DNA of 64,000 bases from Myxococcales bacterium (GCA_047601445.1 JASGJH010000001.1:1856001-1920000); one strand, 5' to 3'; shown: positions 19,073 to 31,655, counted from the stretch's first letter. The notes: a model not told the origin generated them from the letters alone. Program-made: numbers and translations.

Positions 19073-19515
19073 GCAGTTTACCCCCCATCGCAGGCGGCAC
19101 GATCGAAGTCTCCTCGGCACGTTGGCCCCTGATCAAGGTGCGCTTCGTGGGCCAAGCCGACGACGTCACCGTCGACAACTACCTCGAGGAGTTGAGCCGC
19201 GCGATCAGCCGGCCCGGCCGGCGCACCCTACTGATGGACGCCACCGAGTGCGGTTACGTCAGCTCCTACGCGCGCAGGCGGCAAGCCGAGTGGATGCGCC
19301 AGCAGGAGCCCACGATCCGCAGGGAGACCGTGGGCATTGCGTTCGCGCTCACGGCCCCGCTGGTACGCGGCGCGCTGACTGCCATCCTGTGGCTCGAGCC
19401 CCTCTCCTGCCCCTACGCCGTGGTGCGCGACGAGGCAGCAGCCCTGTCGCGCTGCCGCGCCTGGCTCGAGCCCTACGGACTCGCGATTCCCGAGCGCACG
19501 CGCGTTCCCGCCTGA
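19069..19515 (+). CDS. STAS/SEC14-like small protein
   Basis: RWPLIKVRF...LLMDA...RRRQAEW...LVRGALTAILWL pattern common in myxobacterial STAS/SEC14-like proteins; ATGA overlap with the phosphatase. Confidence 0.6.
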   Translation: MSSLPPIAGGTIEVSSARWPLIKVRFVGQADDVTVDNYLEELSRAISRPGRRTLLMDATECGYVSSYARRRQAEWMRQQEPTIRRETVGIAFALTAPLVRGALTAILWLEPLSCPYAVVRDEAAALSRCRAWLEPYGLAIPERTRVPA

Positions 19516-19581
19516 TCTGCCTGTGCCAGACCGGGCGAAGCCGCTGAACTGCGTGGCGCCGAGTGCGCTCTCGCGCGGCCC

Positions 19582-20850
19582 TTGCGGCGCGGGCACGCAG
19601 GTTGCCTTTGCAGCAGCGTGGCCACGCACGCGCATCCCCCTAACCGACCGATCCTCGAGAGCCTCACCGATTTCTCGCTCACGCGAGGCGGGCTGTTCTT
19701 TCGGCTAGCCGGACGCTTCAAGCTCCTCCCACGCAGCGGTCAGCTGGGCACGCGCCTGGTGCTTGGTGCCGCCGGATTATGCTGGATTCCCGTGGTGCTG
19801 CTGGTCCTACTGGAGCACTTCACCACCGGTAGCTGGGACCCGCTCTTCACGCGCACCGAGCTCCACGTGCGCATGTTGTTCTCGCTGACGCTGCTGCTGT
19901 GGGGCGAGTGGTTCTTCGAGCAACGAGTGCGCAGCACGAGCCGCCACTTGCTCGACCACGACTTCATCCCCGAGGCCAAGCAGGCCAGCTGGCGTGAGGT
20001 GATCATCAAGGTGCTGCGTGTCCGCGATTCGTGGGCTCCGGAGATCACGCTGCTCGTGTGCGTCTATGCGATCTCGCTGATCGCGTACATGGGCTACCTG
20101 GAACCGCACGTCCTGCGCTGGCTCGCGCCCACCATCCACGAGGCCGGGGTGCACTGGGAGAAGGCCACACCTGCCTGGTGGTGGTACATGTTGATCAGCC
20201 AGCCGCTCTTCCTGTTCGTGCTCTTGCGCTGGATCTCGCGCTGGTTCCTGTACACCAACTTCATGTGGTCCCTGGCGCGGATGCCGCCGGCGGTTCAACC
20301 GCTGCACTCGGATCGCGCTGGAGGTCTGCTCTTTTTGGCGGAGCCGCTGCTGGCCCTACGCTTCTTCGCCCTGGCCACCTCGGGGGCGCTGATGTCCGTG
20401 TGGCTCGACGAGCTCGACCGCAGCAAGGCACAGCCCGCCATCTTCGCGGCCGACATTATCGTCTTCGTGGCGATCTCGATGGGCCTGGCGGTCCTGCCCT
20501 ATCTGCCGTTCACCAGGGTCCTGGCCGAGGGCAAGCACCGCAGCTTGCTGGCCTGCTCGGCGGTGATGGACCGCTACACACGCCGCTTCGAAGATCGCTG
20601 GTATCCGCTCGACGAGGCACGCGATGACGAGCGCATGCTGGGCAACGAAGACTTCTCCGGGCTCGTGGATTCGGGATCCAGCTACGCCGTCCTCGAAGAC
20701 ATGCGCATCACGCTGCCGGGCCCGAAGTTCCTCAAGGCCCATTTCGTCGCCGCCGTCCTTCCCTTCGTGGTGATCATGGTGATCTACGGTCCGCCTGCCG
20801 CGGATGTCCTCAAGGCCATCTTGGGACGCTTGGTGGAGGGAGGGGAGTGA
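19582..20850 (+). CDS. Multi-pass membrane protein of unknown function (start may be GTG 19618)
   Basis: Several hydrophobic segments; DFSLTRGGLFFRL, WWWY..ISQPLFLF, LHSDRAGGL motifs; GC3 bias. Confidence 0.7.
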   Translation: MRRGHAGCLCSSVATHAHPPNRPILESLTDFSLTRGGLFFRLAGRFKLLPRSGQLGTRLVLGAAGLCWIPVVLLVLLEHFTTGSWDPLFTRTELHVRMLFSLTLLLWGEWFFEQRVRSTSRHLLDHDFIPEAKQASWREVIIKVLRVRDSWAPEITLLVCVYAISLIAYMGYLEPHVLRWLAPTIHEAGVHWEKATPAWWWYMLISQPLFLFVLLRWISRWFLYTNFMWSLARMPPAVQPLHSDRAGGLLFLAEPLLALRFFALATSGALMSVWLDELDRSKAQPAIFAADIIVFVAISMGLAVLPYLPFTRVLAEGKHRSLLACSAVMDRYTRRFEDRWYPLDEARDDERMLGNEDFSGLVDSGSSYAVLEDMRITLPGPKFLKAHFVAAVLPFVVIMVIYGPPAADVLKAILGRLVEGGE

Positions 20851-21774
20851 ATGGGCACGGACACAACGCGAGGTTGGCTGAGGGGGCTCTGTGCACTCGG
20901 ATTGGGGCTTGCCGCCTGCTCGAGCTCCCACGACAACGAAGCACCCACGCCGGTTCGCGGCACCTTCAGCGTGCTCACCTACAACGTCGCGGGCCTGCCG
21001 GAGGGCATCTCGGGCTCCCACCCCGCGGTCAACACCGCGCTCATGAGTCCGCTGCTCGACGACTACGAGGTGGTGCTAGTGCAGGAGGACTTCGCCTACC
21101 ACCAGGAGCTCGTGCACAGCGCGACGCAGCTCTACCAATCAGCACCCGACAAGGCCCAGGACTCCCTCGGCGACGGCCTCAACATCCTCTCCGACTTCCC
21201 CTTCGACGGCCCGGTTCGGGCGCACTGGAAGGACTGCAACGGGCAACTCGACGCGGGCAGCGATTGCCTGACGCCCAAGGGATTTTTCGTGGTCCAGATG
21301 CAGGTGGCCGAGGGAGCCATCATCGACGTTTACAACCTGCATGCCGACGCCGGTCGCTCGCCGGCGGACGCGGCCGCACGACAGGGTAACTTCGCACAGC
21401 TCCAGGCGGCCATCCTGGCCAACTCCCAGGACCACGCCGTGATCGTCGCCGGTGACTTCAACGAGCGCTACAGCTACGTGGACCAGCACGTGTCCGGCCT
21501 GCTCAGCGGGGCGGATCTGAAGGACGTCTGGGTCGAGCTCGAGCGGGGCTCGGTATTGCCACCCTCCCCCAGCGGGGAAGCCCCCGAATGCGCGAACGAC
21601 GAGGCCAATCTGATGTGTGAGCGCATCGACAAGATCCTCTATCGCAGCAGCGCCAGCGTGACCCTGACCCCCACTGGATACCGGGTGGACAGCCAGCGCT
21701 TCACGGACGCGGATGGGCGGCCCCTCTCGGATCATCCGCCGGTGGTGGCGACCTTCGATTTCGTCGCCCAGTGA
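20851..21774 (+). CDS. Endonuclease/exonuclease/phosphatase-family lipoprotein
   Basis: Lipobox LAAC; LTYNVAG, VQEDF, NLHADAG, AGDFN, IDKILY, LSDH. Confidence 0.85.
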   Translation: MGTDTTRGWLRGLCALGLGLAACSSSHDNEAPTPVRGTFSVLTYNVAGLPEGISGSHPAVNTALMSPLLDDYEVVLVQEDFAYHQELVHSATQLYQSAPDKAQDSLGDGLNILSDFPFDGPVRAHWKDCNGQLDAGSDCLTPKGFFVVQMQVAEGAIIDVYNLHADAGRSPADAAARQGNFAQLQAAILANSQDHAVIVAGDFNERYSYVDQHVSGLLSGADLKDVWVELERGSVLPPSPSGEAPECANDEANLMCERIDKILYRSSASVTLTPTGYRVDSQRFTDADGRPLSDHPPVVATFDFVAQ

Positions 21775-21796
21775 GCCGTGCTAAACATGCGGGCCT

Positions 21797-23380
21797 ATGC
21801 GTCGCCCGGGTGTGAAGGACGCGATCGGCACCTTCGCTGCATTCCTGTATTCCCTGCCTGCCTGGAGCTATCCCTTCGGCAACGACCAGTCGCTTCACTG
21901 GTACATCGGCGACAACTGGCTAGACGGCACCCTGCCCTTCGTCTCGGCCATCAGCAGTAAGCCCATCGGGATGTTCGCGGTGCACGCGCTGTCGACAGCG
22001 CTGTTCGGCAGCGGCATGTGGCCCATTCGCGTGACCGAGTCCCTCACGGTGCTTTTGGTGGGCTGGCTCGTGGCCTTGAGCGCCCGCCGCCTCGGCGAAC
22101 CCGGGCAGGACGGCGAGTGGGGCCTCGGGGCCATGCTCTTCTCGGGCATTTACTACACGTTCTACGACTACTGGGACACCGCCCATCCCGAGCTCTGGAT
22201 GTCCACCTGCGCCCTCGCCGCCTTCGTGGTGGCGCTGCGCGCACGCACACCCTGGACGCGCGACGCCGGGGCCGGCGCGCTGGCCACCGCGGCCTTCATG
22301 TTCAAGTACCCAGCGGCCCTGCCAGCACTCGGGGTCTCCGCGTTGTGCGCGCTGCGTGCGTACTCGGAGCGCGAGCCTGGTGAGGGCCTCGCGGGCCAAG
22401 TGCGCGGCGGTGCCAAAGCGGTGCTCTGGGCGGCCGGTCGCTTCCTGTGCGGCGTGCTGCCCGTGGTGCTGCTGGTCCTGTTACCGTTCGTCCTCGGCGG
22501 TGGGCTCAAGCCGATGTGGGAGATCCTCGGGGTCTACATCTTTCACTACGCCGAGCAGGCGCCGCCGGTGCGCGGACTGCCCGCCTGGTTCCGTATCGAA
22601 CGTGGCGGTCTGTTGTTCCTTTTGACCTTCGTGCTCACCAGCATGGCAGCGGTCACCGTGCGCGAACGTCGCGACCGCGACGGCCTGTGGCGGCTGTCGT
22701 GGGTCGCCGTGGGCGCCGTGCTCGCGCTCCTGTCCGTGATCGCGCAGAAGCGCTATTTCCCTTACCACTTCGTGGCCATCGGCAGCTTCTGCGCCGCCTT
22801 GTGTGCGATCGCCATCCGGATCTTCCCGCGCACCCACGGCGCACCGTCGTGGACCACGCTGGGTGTCAGTGCGCTCGTCATCGCCGGGGTCTTCTACTTT
22901 GCGCCCACCAGCGGGCTCGGCCAGAGCTATCGCGGCTACGTGAAATCCCTGATCGCCTACCGCACTGGCGAGACCGATCGCGACGCCATGTTGCGCGGCA
23001 TCAACAACCCGCGCAGCCTCGACTCGCCACTCTTCGTCGAGCACGTGGCGGCCAGGATCAACGCGCTGAAGAAGCCCGGCGACACCCTGTGCGCGCGCGG
23101 CTTCCTCACGCCACTGCACCCACTCACCGGGCTGCGCTGCCCATCGCGTCACATCGTGGAGGAGAACGTCAACACGGGTCTTCCCGATTGGCGGCGCGAG
23201 TACCGCGAGACGCTCGAGAAGCATCCACCGACGTTCATGGTCACCTTCAGTGATCGGCCCCGCGATGTGAAGTACCTCCAGGACCGCGGCTACATCCTCG
23301 TCTACCAGGAGCACATCTTCCGGGTCTTCAGCACCCGACCGGCGCCTGCAGGCTTCGACACGGGCGCCCCTCGGCGCTGA
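21797..23380 (+). CDS. GT-C fold (ArnT/PMT-like) membrane glycosyltransferase
   Basis: GNDQSLHWYIG...G.LPF...SKPIG loop after TM1, many TM helices, AFMFKYP, QKRYFPYH, soluble C-terminal domain. Confidence 0.6.
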   Translation: MRRPGVKDAIGTFAAFLYSLPAWSYPFGNDQSLHWYIGDNWLDGTLPFVSAISSKPIGMFAVHALSTALFGSGMWPIRVTESLTVLLVGWLVALSARRLGEPGQDGEWGLGAMLFSGIYYTFYDYWDTAHPELWMSTCALAAFVVALRARTPWTRDAGAGALATAAFMFKYPAALPALGVSALCALRAYSEREPGEGLAGQVRGGAKAVLWAAGRFLCGVLPVVLLVLLPFVLGGGLKPMWEILGVYIFHYAEQAPPVRGLPAWFRIERGGLLFLLTFVLTSMAAVTVRERRDRDGLWRLSWVAVGAVLALLSVIAQKRYFPYHFVAIGSFCAALCAIAIRIFPRTHGAPSWTTLGVSALVIAGVFYFAPTSGLGQSYRGYVKSLIAYRTGETDRDAMLRGINNPRSLDSPLFVEHVAARINALKKPGDTLCARGFLTPLHPLTGLRCPSRHIVEENVNTGLPDWRREYRETLEKHPPTFMVTFSDRPRDVKYLQDRGYILVYQEHIFRVFSTRPAPAGFDTGAPRR

Positions 23381-23407
23381 GCGAGCGCGACCCACCGATG
23401 CCGTCGG

Positions 23408-23490
23408 CGTGAGCGAAGCGAACCTCGCGGCGGGGTGGGTCCCGGCGCGGCGTTGCCCCGACGGGCGGGGAGGTCGCGTGACCTCCCCGC
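23408..23490. repeat. Dispersed intergenic repeat family A, copy 1 (REP-like, ends in an 11-bp hairpin)
   Basis: Aligns by eye with 51547-51624; hairpin GCGGGGAGGTC-GCGT-GACCTCCCCGC at 23465-23490. Confidence 0.8.
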
Positions 23491-23746
23491 GAATGAAGGG
23501 CTCGCTTGGCTCGCTGTGCTCCCAGTCCTCACCTCTCCTCTGACTCCATCTCGACCCGTTCGGCGCACGCTCGTGCCCATGAGCGCACGCGTCGCGTAGT
23601 CCATCCGCGGGCTTTCACCGAGCTTCCCAACTTCGCTACGGCCGGGCCGCGACTCGGCAGTTAGGGTGCCCATCCCCTTTCACGGCAAGCGCGCTGCGTC
23701 GCCTCACGGGTGAGCGCACGAGCCTGCATTTTCTGGAGGATGACGA

Positions 23747-24745
23747 GTGTCCGTTTTTCAACGTTGGTTCCCCATCGCGCTCGGCGCAGCTTGCTTACTC
23801 GGTTGCGGCGACGACTCGAATACGTCGCCCTCCGATGACGGCGGCACGGTGCTCGACTCGTCGATCAACCCCATCGAAGGCGATGGCGACGGCGATGTGG
23901 GCGACGGTGACTCCGGAGACGGGGACGTAGGCCCCGGCACCGACCATGACGCCAGCAACACCGACGCGGGCGCTCACCACGACGCTTCCGTGAATCCGAA
24001 GCCGCCCCATGACGCGGGCACTCCGACCCCCCCCGACGCGGGCAAGCCCGACACCGGAACGCCGAAGGGTACCCCCGTGTTCGTGGCCGTAGGCTACGCC
24101 GGCCGGCGCGTGCGCTCCACGGACCTGGGCGTGACCTGGACCGACGAAGAGTTCCTCGACCCGGCGCAGCGCGGCGGCGACGACGAGTACCTGCTGCGTG
24201 GAGTGACCTACGCCAAGGGCGTGTTCGTGGCGGTGGGCTGGAAGATCATGACCTCCAAAGACGGCCGCAAGGGCACCTGGACCGACCACACGATCCCCGG
24301 GCAGCAGTGGTTGGCGGGCATTCAGTTCGGCAACGATCGCTTCGTGGCGACCGGCGGCTACGGCTACTCGGCGCGCTCGAGCGATGGCTTGAGCTGGACC
24401 AAGGCGGGCGATTTGAACACGCAGGCCAGCCGCTCGCTCGCGTTCGGCAATGGCAAGTTCACGTCGGCCACCGATCAAGGCAACTGGTGGACCTCCACCG
24501 ACGGTGCAACTTGGACGCAGGCCAGCGGCGGTCACACCAACCAGGTCGCATACTGCAGTGACTTCAAGAACTACGATGACTGCAGCGGCACCTTCTCCGC
24601 CCGCAACCGCGCAGTCGGCGAAGGGGTCACCGTGCGCATCAACAGCAGCGGCCGCCTGGAGCGCTCCACCAATGGCGTGAACTTCACGACCGTCCTGAAT
24701 TCGGGCCTGGGATTCGAGGGAGTTTCGTTCGGCTACGTCGAATAA
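23747..24745 (+). CDS. Lipoprotein with Gly/Asp- and Pro-rich linker and BNR/Asp-box beta-propeller-like domain
   Basis: SD GGAGG; lipobox LLGC; repeated S-x-D-G-x-x-W motifs (STDLGVTW, SSDGLSW, STDGATW, STNGVNF). Confidence 0.75.
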   Translation: MSVFQRWFPIALGAACLLGCGDDSNTSPSDDGGTVLDSSINPIEGDGDGDVGDGDSGDGDVGPGTDHDASNTDAGAHHDASVNPKPPHDAGTPTPPDAGKPDTGTPKGTPVFVAVGYAGRRVRSTDLGVTWTDEEFLDPAQRGGDDEYLLRGVTYAKGVFVAVGWKIMTSKDGRKGTWTDHTIPGQQWLAGIQFGNDRFVATGGYGYSARSSDGLSWTKAGDLNTQASRSLAFGNGKFTSATDQGNWWTSTDGATWTQASGGHTNQVAYCSDFKNYDDCSGTFSARNRAVGEGVTVRINSSGRLERSTNGVNFTTVLNSGLGFEGVSFGYVE

Positions 24746-24827
24746 CGTCGCCTTGCGCGTGCGCCCAGCGAACCTCCGGTGGTAAACCGTTGCTGAGACG
24801 GAGCATCACTTAAAGGCGGAGGTTCGC

Positions 24828-26230
24828 ATGGGCATGGCGCAGATCGGCGTCCTGGGACTCGGCGTGATGGGGCAAAACCTGGCCCTCAACCTGGCCGAGA
24901 AGGGATTTCGAGTAGCAGGTCACGACGCCTGGCCCGAGCCCGTCGACAAGCTGAATGCGCTGGCCACGGCGGCCCTCGACGTGCAGGGCTTCAAGGAGCT
25001 CGAGCGCTTCGTGACCGCCCTGGAGCGCCCGCGCCGTATCATCTTACTGGTGAAAGCCGGCGACGTGGTGGATGCCACGCTGGCGCGCCTGGTGCCGCTC
25101 TTGTCTCCCGACGACATCGTAATCGACGGAGGCAACGAATTTTACCGCAACACCGAGCGCCGCTCGGGTCAGCTCGCCAAGCAGAACCTGCGCTACTTCG
25201 GCATGGGAGTCTCTGGCGGTGAGGAAGGTGCCCGTCACGGGCCCTCGCTGATGCCAGGTGGCGATCGCGCGGCCTACGACGCGCTCGCGCCCATCCTCGA
25301 CAAGATCGCGGCCAAGGCCGACGGCTCGTGCGTGACGTACGTGGGCCCCGGCGGCAGCGGCCACTACGTGAAGATGGTGCACAACGGCATCGAGTACGGC
25401 GACATGCAGCTGATCGCGGAGGCCTACGACGTGCTCAAGCACATCGGAGGCCTCGACAATCGCGAGCTCGCCGACACCTTCGATGAGTGGAACCGCGGCG
25501 AACTGCAGTCCTTCCTGATCGAGATCAGCGCGCACATCTTGCGTAGGGCCGATCCCGAACTCCCCGGGCGCGACCTCATCGATAGCATCGCCGACGCGGC
25601 CTCCATGAAGGGCACCGGCAAGTGGACGGTCCAGGAAGCGGCCGAGATCGGGGCACCGGTCCCCACCATCGCGAGCGCGGTGGACGCCCGCGTGCTCTCG
25701 TCGAACCGCGAAGAACGCAAGCTCACGCGCGTGCTGCCGGGTCCCACACCGAGCGTGCAGCGCGATCCCACGCTGGTGAGCGACGTGCGTGCTGCCCTCT
25801 ACGCCGCCAAGGCCTGCGCCTATGCCCAGGGCTTCGCGCTCTTGAGCAAGGCCTCGCAGGTGCACGGCTGGAACCTGAATCTCTCCGAGCTCGCGCGCAT
25901 CTGGACCGGGGGCTGCATCATCCGCGCTCAGTTCCTGGGTCGCATCAAGGAATCGTTCCTGGCGCAGCCGAACCTGGCCAACCTGCTGCTCGCCGAGGGC
26001 TTCCAGCGAGAACTCGGGGAGCGCCAGACGCCCTACCGACGCGTGTTGGCGCGCGCCGTCACGGCTGGACTGCCGATGCCAGCCCACGCCAGCGCCCTCG
26101 CCTACTACGACACCGTGCGCCGCGAGCGCCTGCCCCAAAACCTCACCCAGGCCCAGCGCGACTACTTCGGCGCCCACACCTACGAGCGCATCGACCGTCC
26201 CGGCAGCTTCCACACGGAATGGAGCAAGCC

Positions 26231-26234
<4 letters not shown>
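24828..26234 (+). CDS. gndA: NADP-dependent 6-phosphogluconate dehydrogenase
   Basis: GLGVMGQNLA, VSGGEEGA, KMVHNGIEYGDMQ, KGTGKW, AQRDYFGAH. Confidence 0.97.
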
Positions 26235-27829
<1,595 letters not shown>

Positions 27830-27831
27830 AC

Positions 27832-28581
27832 ATGCGACCTCGCATCGACGTCTTTGCCGACGCAGCCACCTTGGCCGACGCCGCCTGCACCCGTGTCGTG
27901 AGCTTCATCGAACAGGCTGTCGCGGCGCGCGGGCGCTGCGTGATCGCGCTCTCCGGGGGGTCCACACCGAAGGCCCTCTACACGCGCCTCGCCGCGCACC
28001 CCGAGTTGCCGTGGAACCGGGTGGAGCTCTGTTTTGGGGACGAGCGGCCCGTGCCTCCCGATCACGAGCAGAGCAACGCCCGCATGGTCCGCGAGGCGCT
28101 CACCCATCTCCCCTTCGTACCCGCGACGCACGTGCACCGGATCGCAGGTGAACTGCCTGGCCAAGAAGCCGCCCTTGACTACGAGTCGGTGTTGCGCCGA
28201 CTGTTCCCCGATCAGGACCTGCCACGCTTCGACTTGGTGCTATTGGGCCTGGGCAGCGACGGCCACACGGCCTCCTTGTTCCCCCACACCAGCGCGCTCG
28301 GCGAGCGCCAAGCCTGGGTCGTTTCGCACTGGGTGGAAGCGCAGCAGAGCCAGCGCATCAGCCTCACGTTTCCCGTGCTCAACGCGGCCCGACTGTGCCT
28401 GTTTCTGGTCACTGGCGCGGACAAGCGCGAAGCGCTGCACGCCGTGCTCGAAGGCACCGCGTCGATCATCGAGGTTCCCGCCAAGGGCATTCGCCCTGCG
28501 CAGGGAGAGCTCGAGTTCATGATCGACGAGGCCGCCGCAAGCCTGCTTTCGCCGGCACTTCGCGACGCGACGAACGCGTGA
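27832..28581 (+). CDS. pgl: 6-phosphogluconolactonase
   Basis: LSGGSTP, GDER.VP, LGLGSDGHTASLFP; operon with zwf. Confidence 0.95.
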   Translation: MRPRIDVFADAATLADAACTRVVSFIEQAVAARGRCVIALSGGSTPKALYTRLAAHPELPWNRVELCFGDERPVPPDHEQSNARMVREALTHLPFVPATHVHRIAGELPGQEAALDYESVLRRLFPDQDLPRFDLVLLGLGSDGHTASLFPHTSALGERQAWVVSHWVEAQQSQRISLTFPVLNAARLCLFLVTGADKREALHAVLEGTASIIEVPAKGIRPAQGELEFMIDEAAASLLSPALRDATNA

Positions 28582-28611
28582 TTTCGCACTTCTCAAGGCC
28601 CTCCGTGGGTC

Positions 28612-30039
28612 TTGTACGATCAGCGACACGTGATCGACGTCGACGCACCTGCCACGGCGACGCCCGTCCCGGCGGCGCAAGTCCCAGCGGCCAGCGCCCG
28701 TGTGAGCAGCCAGCCGTCCACCCCGCAGGCCACTCCCTCGGTGGCGCACGCAGCCGGCTGGGAGGTCGGATCCCAGTTGATGGCGATGGCGCTGCGCCTG
28801 GGCAGCAACCTCATCCTCACGCGACTGTTGTATCCCGAGGTCTTTGGCCTGATGTCGCTGCTGCACAGCGTCCTGTTCGTGCTGGCGCTGCTGTCGGACG
28901 TGGGCCTCACCCAGGCCGTCATCGCGAGCCGGCGCGAAGACCGGGAGTTTCTGGACACGGTGTGGACCATCCACGCCGTGCGGGGCCTGGGGTTGTGGCT
29001 TGCGGCGGTCGCGGTCGCCTGGCCCTGCGCGCTGCTCCTGAACGAGCCCACGCTGCTGTGGCTGTTACCGGTGGGCGGCACAGTCTCCATCTTCCAGGGC
29101 CTATCCTCGCTCAAGCCATGGCTCCTGCGGCGCCGCATGCGCGTGGTGCCATTGATCAAGCTGGAGCTGCTCTCCAACCTGGTGCTGGCAGCGACCATGA
29201 TCGCGATGGCCAAGCTCGGCTTCGGCATCGCTGCGACCGTCGTCGGGCTGTTGGCGCAGAACGTGGTGCAGATCGTCGGTAGCTATCTGCTCCCCCTCGA
29301 GCTGCCCCGCCCACGGCTGCTAATCGACGCCACGGCCAAGGCGGAGCTCGTGCACTTCGGCCGCTGGATCTTCTTCTCGTCGTGCCTGACCGCGGTGATC
29401 AACAAGGGCGATCAGCTCCTGCTCGGCAGGCTCCTCGGCGCGGCCCAGCTCGGCATTTATCAGACGGCGCTCGCGCTCTCCGACCTGCCGGAGCTCCTGG
29501 TGGGCCGCGTGATCTCCAGCGTGCTCATGCCGGCGCTCGCCCAGGCACGACACGTCGCGCCCCACGAGTTCGCTGCCCGCTACTACCGCGTGCGCTCCTG
29601 GCTCGATCCGTTGACCTTCACCACCATCGGCGGCTTGATGGGCATGTCCGACTGGGTGATCGGCGTGCTCTACGACGACCGCTACCGCGGGGCCGCCCCC
29701 ATGTTGCGCTTGCTCTGCATCCGCATCGCTCTCCACATTGCCGCCACGTTTTGTGAGACCTGCCTGTTCGTGCAGGGCCAAAGTATGTTCGGCTTTCGTC
29801 GCAACCTCTTCGTGTCCGCGGTCCTGGTGGTCGCCATCCCGCTCGGTCACTACCTGGGCGGCGTGGACGGCCTGCTGTGGGGCACCATCGCGGCCCGCTT
29901 GACCGCCTTCCCCGCCCTCTGGCCTGCCGCCAAGGAGCGCGGGCATCTTTGGCTGCGCCGCGAGCTCCTGCCGCTGCCGTGCATCGGCGCTGGATACGGC
30001 CTGGGCAAGCTGGCCGTCTGGCTGCTGCCTCCCGTTTGA
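28612..30039 (+). CDS. Oligosaccharide flippase (Wzx/MOP superfamily)
   Basis: LRLGSNLILTRLLYPEVFGLM, SDVGL, DQLLLGRLLG...LGIY, about 12 TM segments; start uncertain. Confidence 0.85.
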   Translation: MYDQRHVIDVDAPATATPVPAAQVPAASARVSSQPSTPQATPSVAHAAGWEVGSQLMAMALRLGSNLILTRLLYPEVFGLMSLLHSVLFVLALLSDVGLTQAVIASRREDREFLDTVWTIHAVRGLGLWLAAVAVAWPCALLLNEPTLLWLLPVGGTVSIFQGLSSLKPWLLRRRMRVVPLIKLELLSNLVLAATMIAMAKLGFGIAATVVGLLAQNVVQIVGSYLLPLELPRPRLLIDATAKAELVHFGRWIFFSSCLTAVINKGDQLLLGRLLGAAQLGIYQTALALSDLPELLVGRVISSVLMPALAQARHVAPHEFAARYYRVRSWLDPLTFTTIGGLMGMSDWVIGVLYDDRYRGAAPMLRLLCIRIALHIAATFCETCLFVQGQSMFGFRRNLFVSAVLVVAIPLGHYLGGVDGLLWGTIAARLTAFPALWPAAKERGHLWLRRELLPLPCIGAGYGLGKLAVWLLPPV

Positions 30040-30198
30040 GCGAACCGACTCATCGTCGTGGTCTGCTCTCGGGCGCTCTCGTGCGAGACGCAGGCCGTGA
30101 ATTCGAGCGTTACTTACGGAAAAGGGTTCTAAATTACGCTCGAGGACGGAACGCACGGACGGTTGAGACCGTCTTGTGCGGAAAGGTCCGGTTCCCGA

Positions 30199-31655
30199 GT
30201 GCAGCTTGCGCTGAAATTGACCCTGATTCTGCTGATCGTCTTCCCGTGCGCGCTGATGGCCGGCATCCGCTTTCAGCGTGACCTGGAGGTCGAGTGGTAC
30301 GAGCAGGCCCGCTCCCATGATCTCGAGTCGCTGGCCATCGCCCTGCGCTCGGGGGTCGACCTGGCCTGGCAAAACGGTGGACGCGCGGGCGCCGAGGCCT
30401 TCCTCAAGCAGCAGAATCTCCAGGCAGAGCACGAGCTCTCCCTGGTGCGACTGGACCAACTCTCGTCGGCCCGCGGTGGTCGCTTGCTCTCGGAGTCGGC
30501 GCTGCGTGCAGCTCGGCGCGGTGAGCACGTGTTCTGGTCCGACCGCACCCACAACCCGGTGACGATCCTGTCCTACGCGTCCTTGGGCCTCGCCGCCGAG
30601 CCCGACCTGGGCCTGGAGATCGTGAGCCCCATGATCGACGAGGAACCCTATGTTCGGCGCAGCTTGCTCGGGTTCGCCCAGACCACGGGAGCCATGACAC
30701 TGATCGCGGTGTTCATCGCCGCAGCCATCGGTCACCGCATCATCACGCGTCCCCTGCGGCGCATCATCACCCAGGCGCGCGCGGTGGGCACGGGGGACCT
30801 GAGTGTCACCTTCGACGTACCTCAGGGCGACGAAATCGGCGCGCTGGGCGGCGAGCTCAACAACATGGTGCGTCAGCTCGCCGAAGCACGCGTGCAAATC
30901 GCCGACGAGACCGAGCAGCGAGTGCGCGCGGTGGAGGAGCTGCGCATGTCCGATCGGCTGGCCACCGTGGGCACGCTGGCGGCAGGCGTGGCCCACGAGC
31001 TCGGCACGCCCCTCCACGTGGCTGCAGGCCGCGCACGGCGTATCGCCGCCCTGGCCGACGTACCGGCCCAGGCACGCAGCGACGCAGAGGTGGTGCGCGC
31101 CCAGTGCGAGCGCATGCGGGGCATCGTGCAGCAGCTCCTCGACTATGCGCGTCGACCCTCCGGCTCACCGAGCTCGGTGTCAATCACGAGCAGCGTGCAG
31201 CGCATCACCTCCATGCTGGAGGAGATGGCGAACCGACACAATGCACAGATTCGTCTGCAGCTGAGCGCGGACGACCTCGTGCTGCCGATCCACGCCGAGC
31301 TCTTCGAACAGGCGCTGACCAACCTGGTGGTCAATGCCTTGCAGGCCATGCCCAGCGGCGGCGCCGTCACGGTATCGGCCGCGCGCGTCGAGCGGCGCGC
31401 GCGCGGCGCAGACGAGTCCACGCCCCCGTCCAGCTGGGTCTGCGTGGGCGTGCAGGACGAAGGCACGGGCATCCCACGGGACGTGCGCGATCGCATGTTC
31501 AATCCGTTCTTCACCACCAAGGAAGTCGGTCAGGGGACGGGTCTCGGCCTCTTCATCGCCTATGGCATCGTGCAGGAACACGGGGGGTTCATCGACGTCG
31601 AAAGCTCCGTGGGCCGAGGTTCTCGCTTCGAAATCTATCTCCCCTCCGAGGTCGT

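Noticed and set aside
24780..24794. Sigma54 promoter upstream of gndA (TGGTAAACCGTTGCT)
   Set aside because: GG-to-GC spacing is 9 nt rather than the obligatory 10
25622..26230. N-terminal extensions of zwf, the response regulator (31104-31655) and the VOC gene (52058-53311)
   Set aside because: They overlap other genes in a different frame and have Arg/Pro/Gly-rich nonsense composition; internal starts fit better
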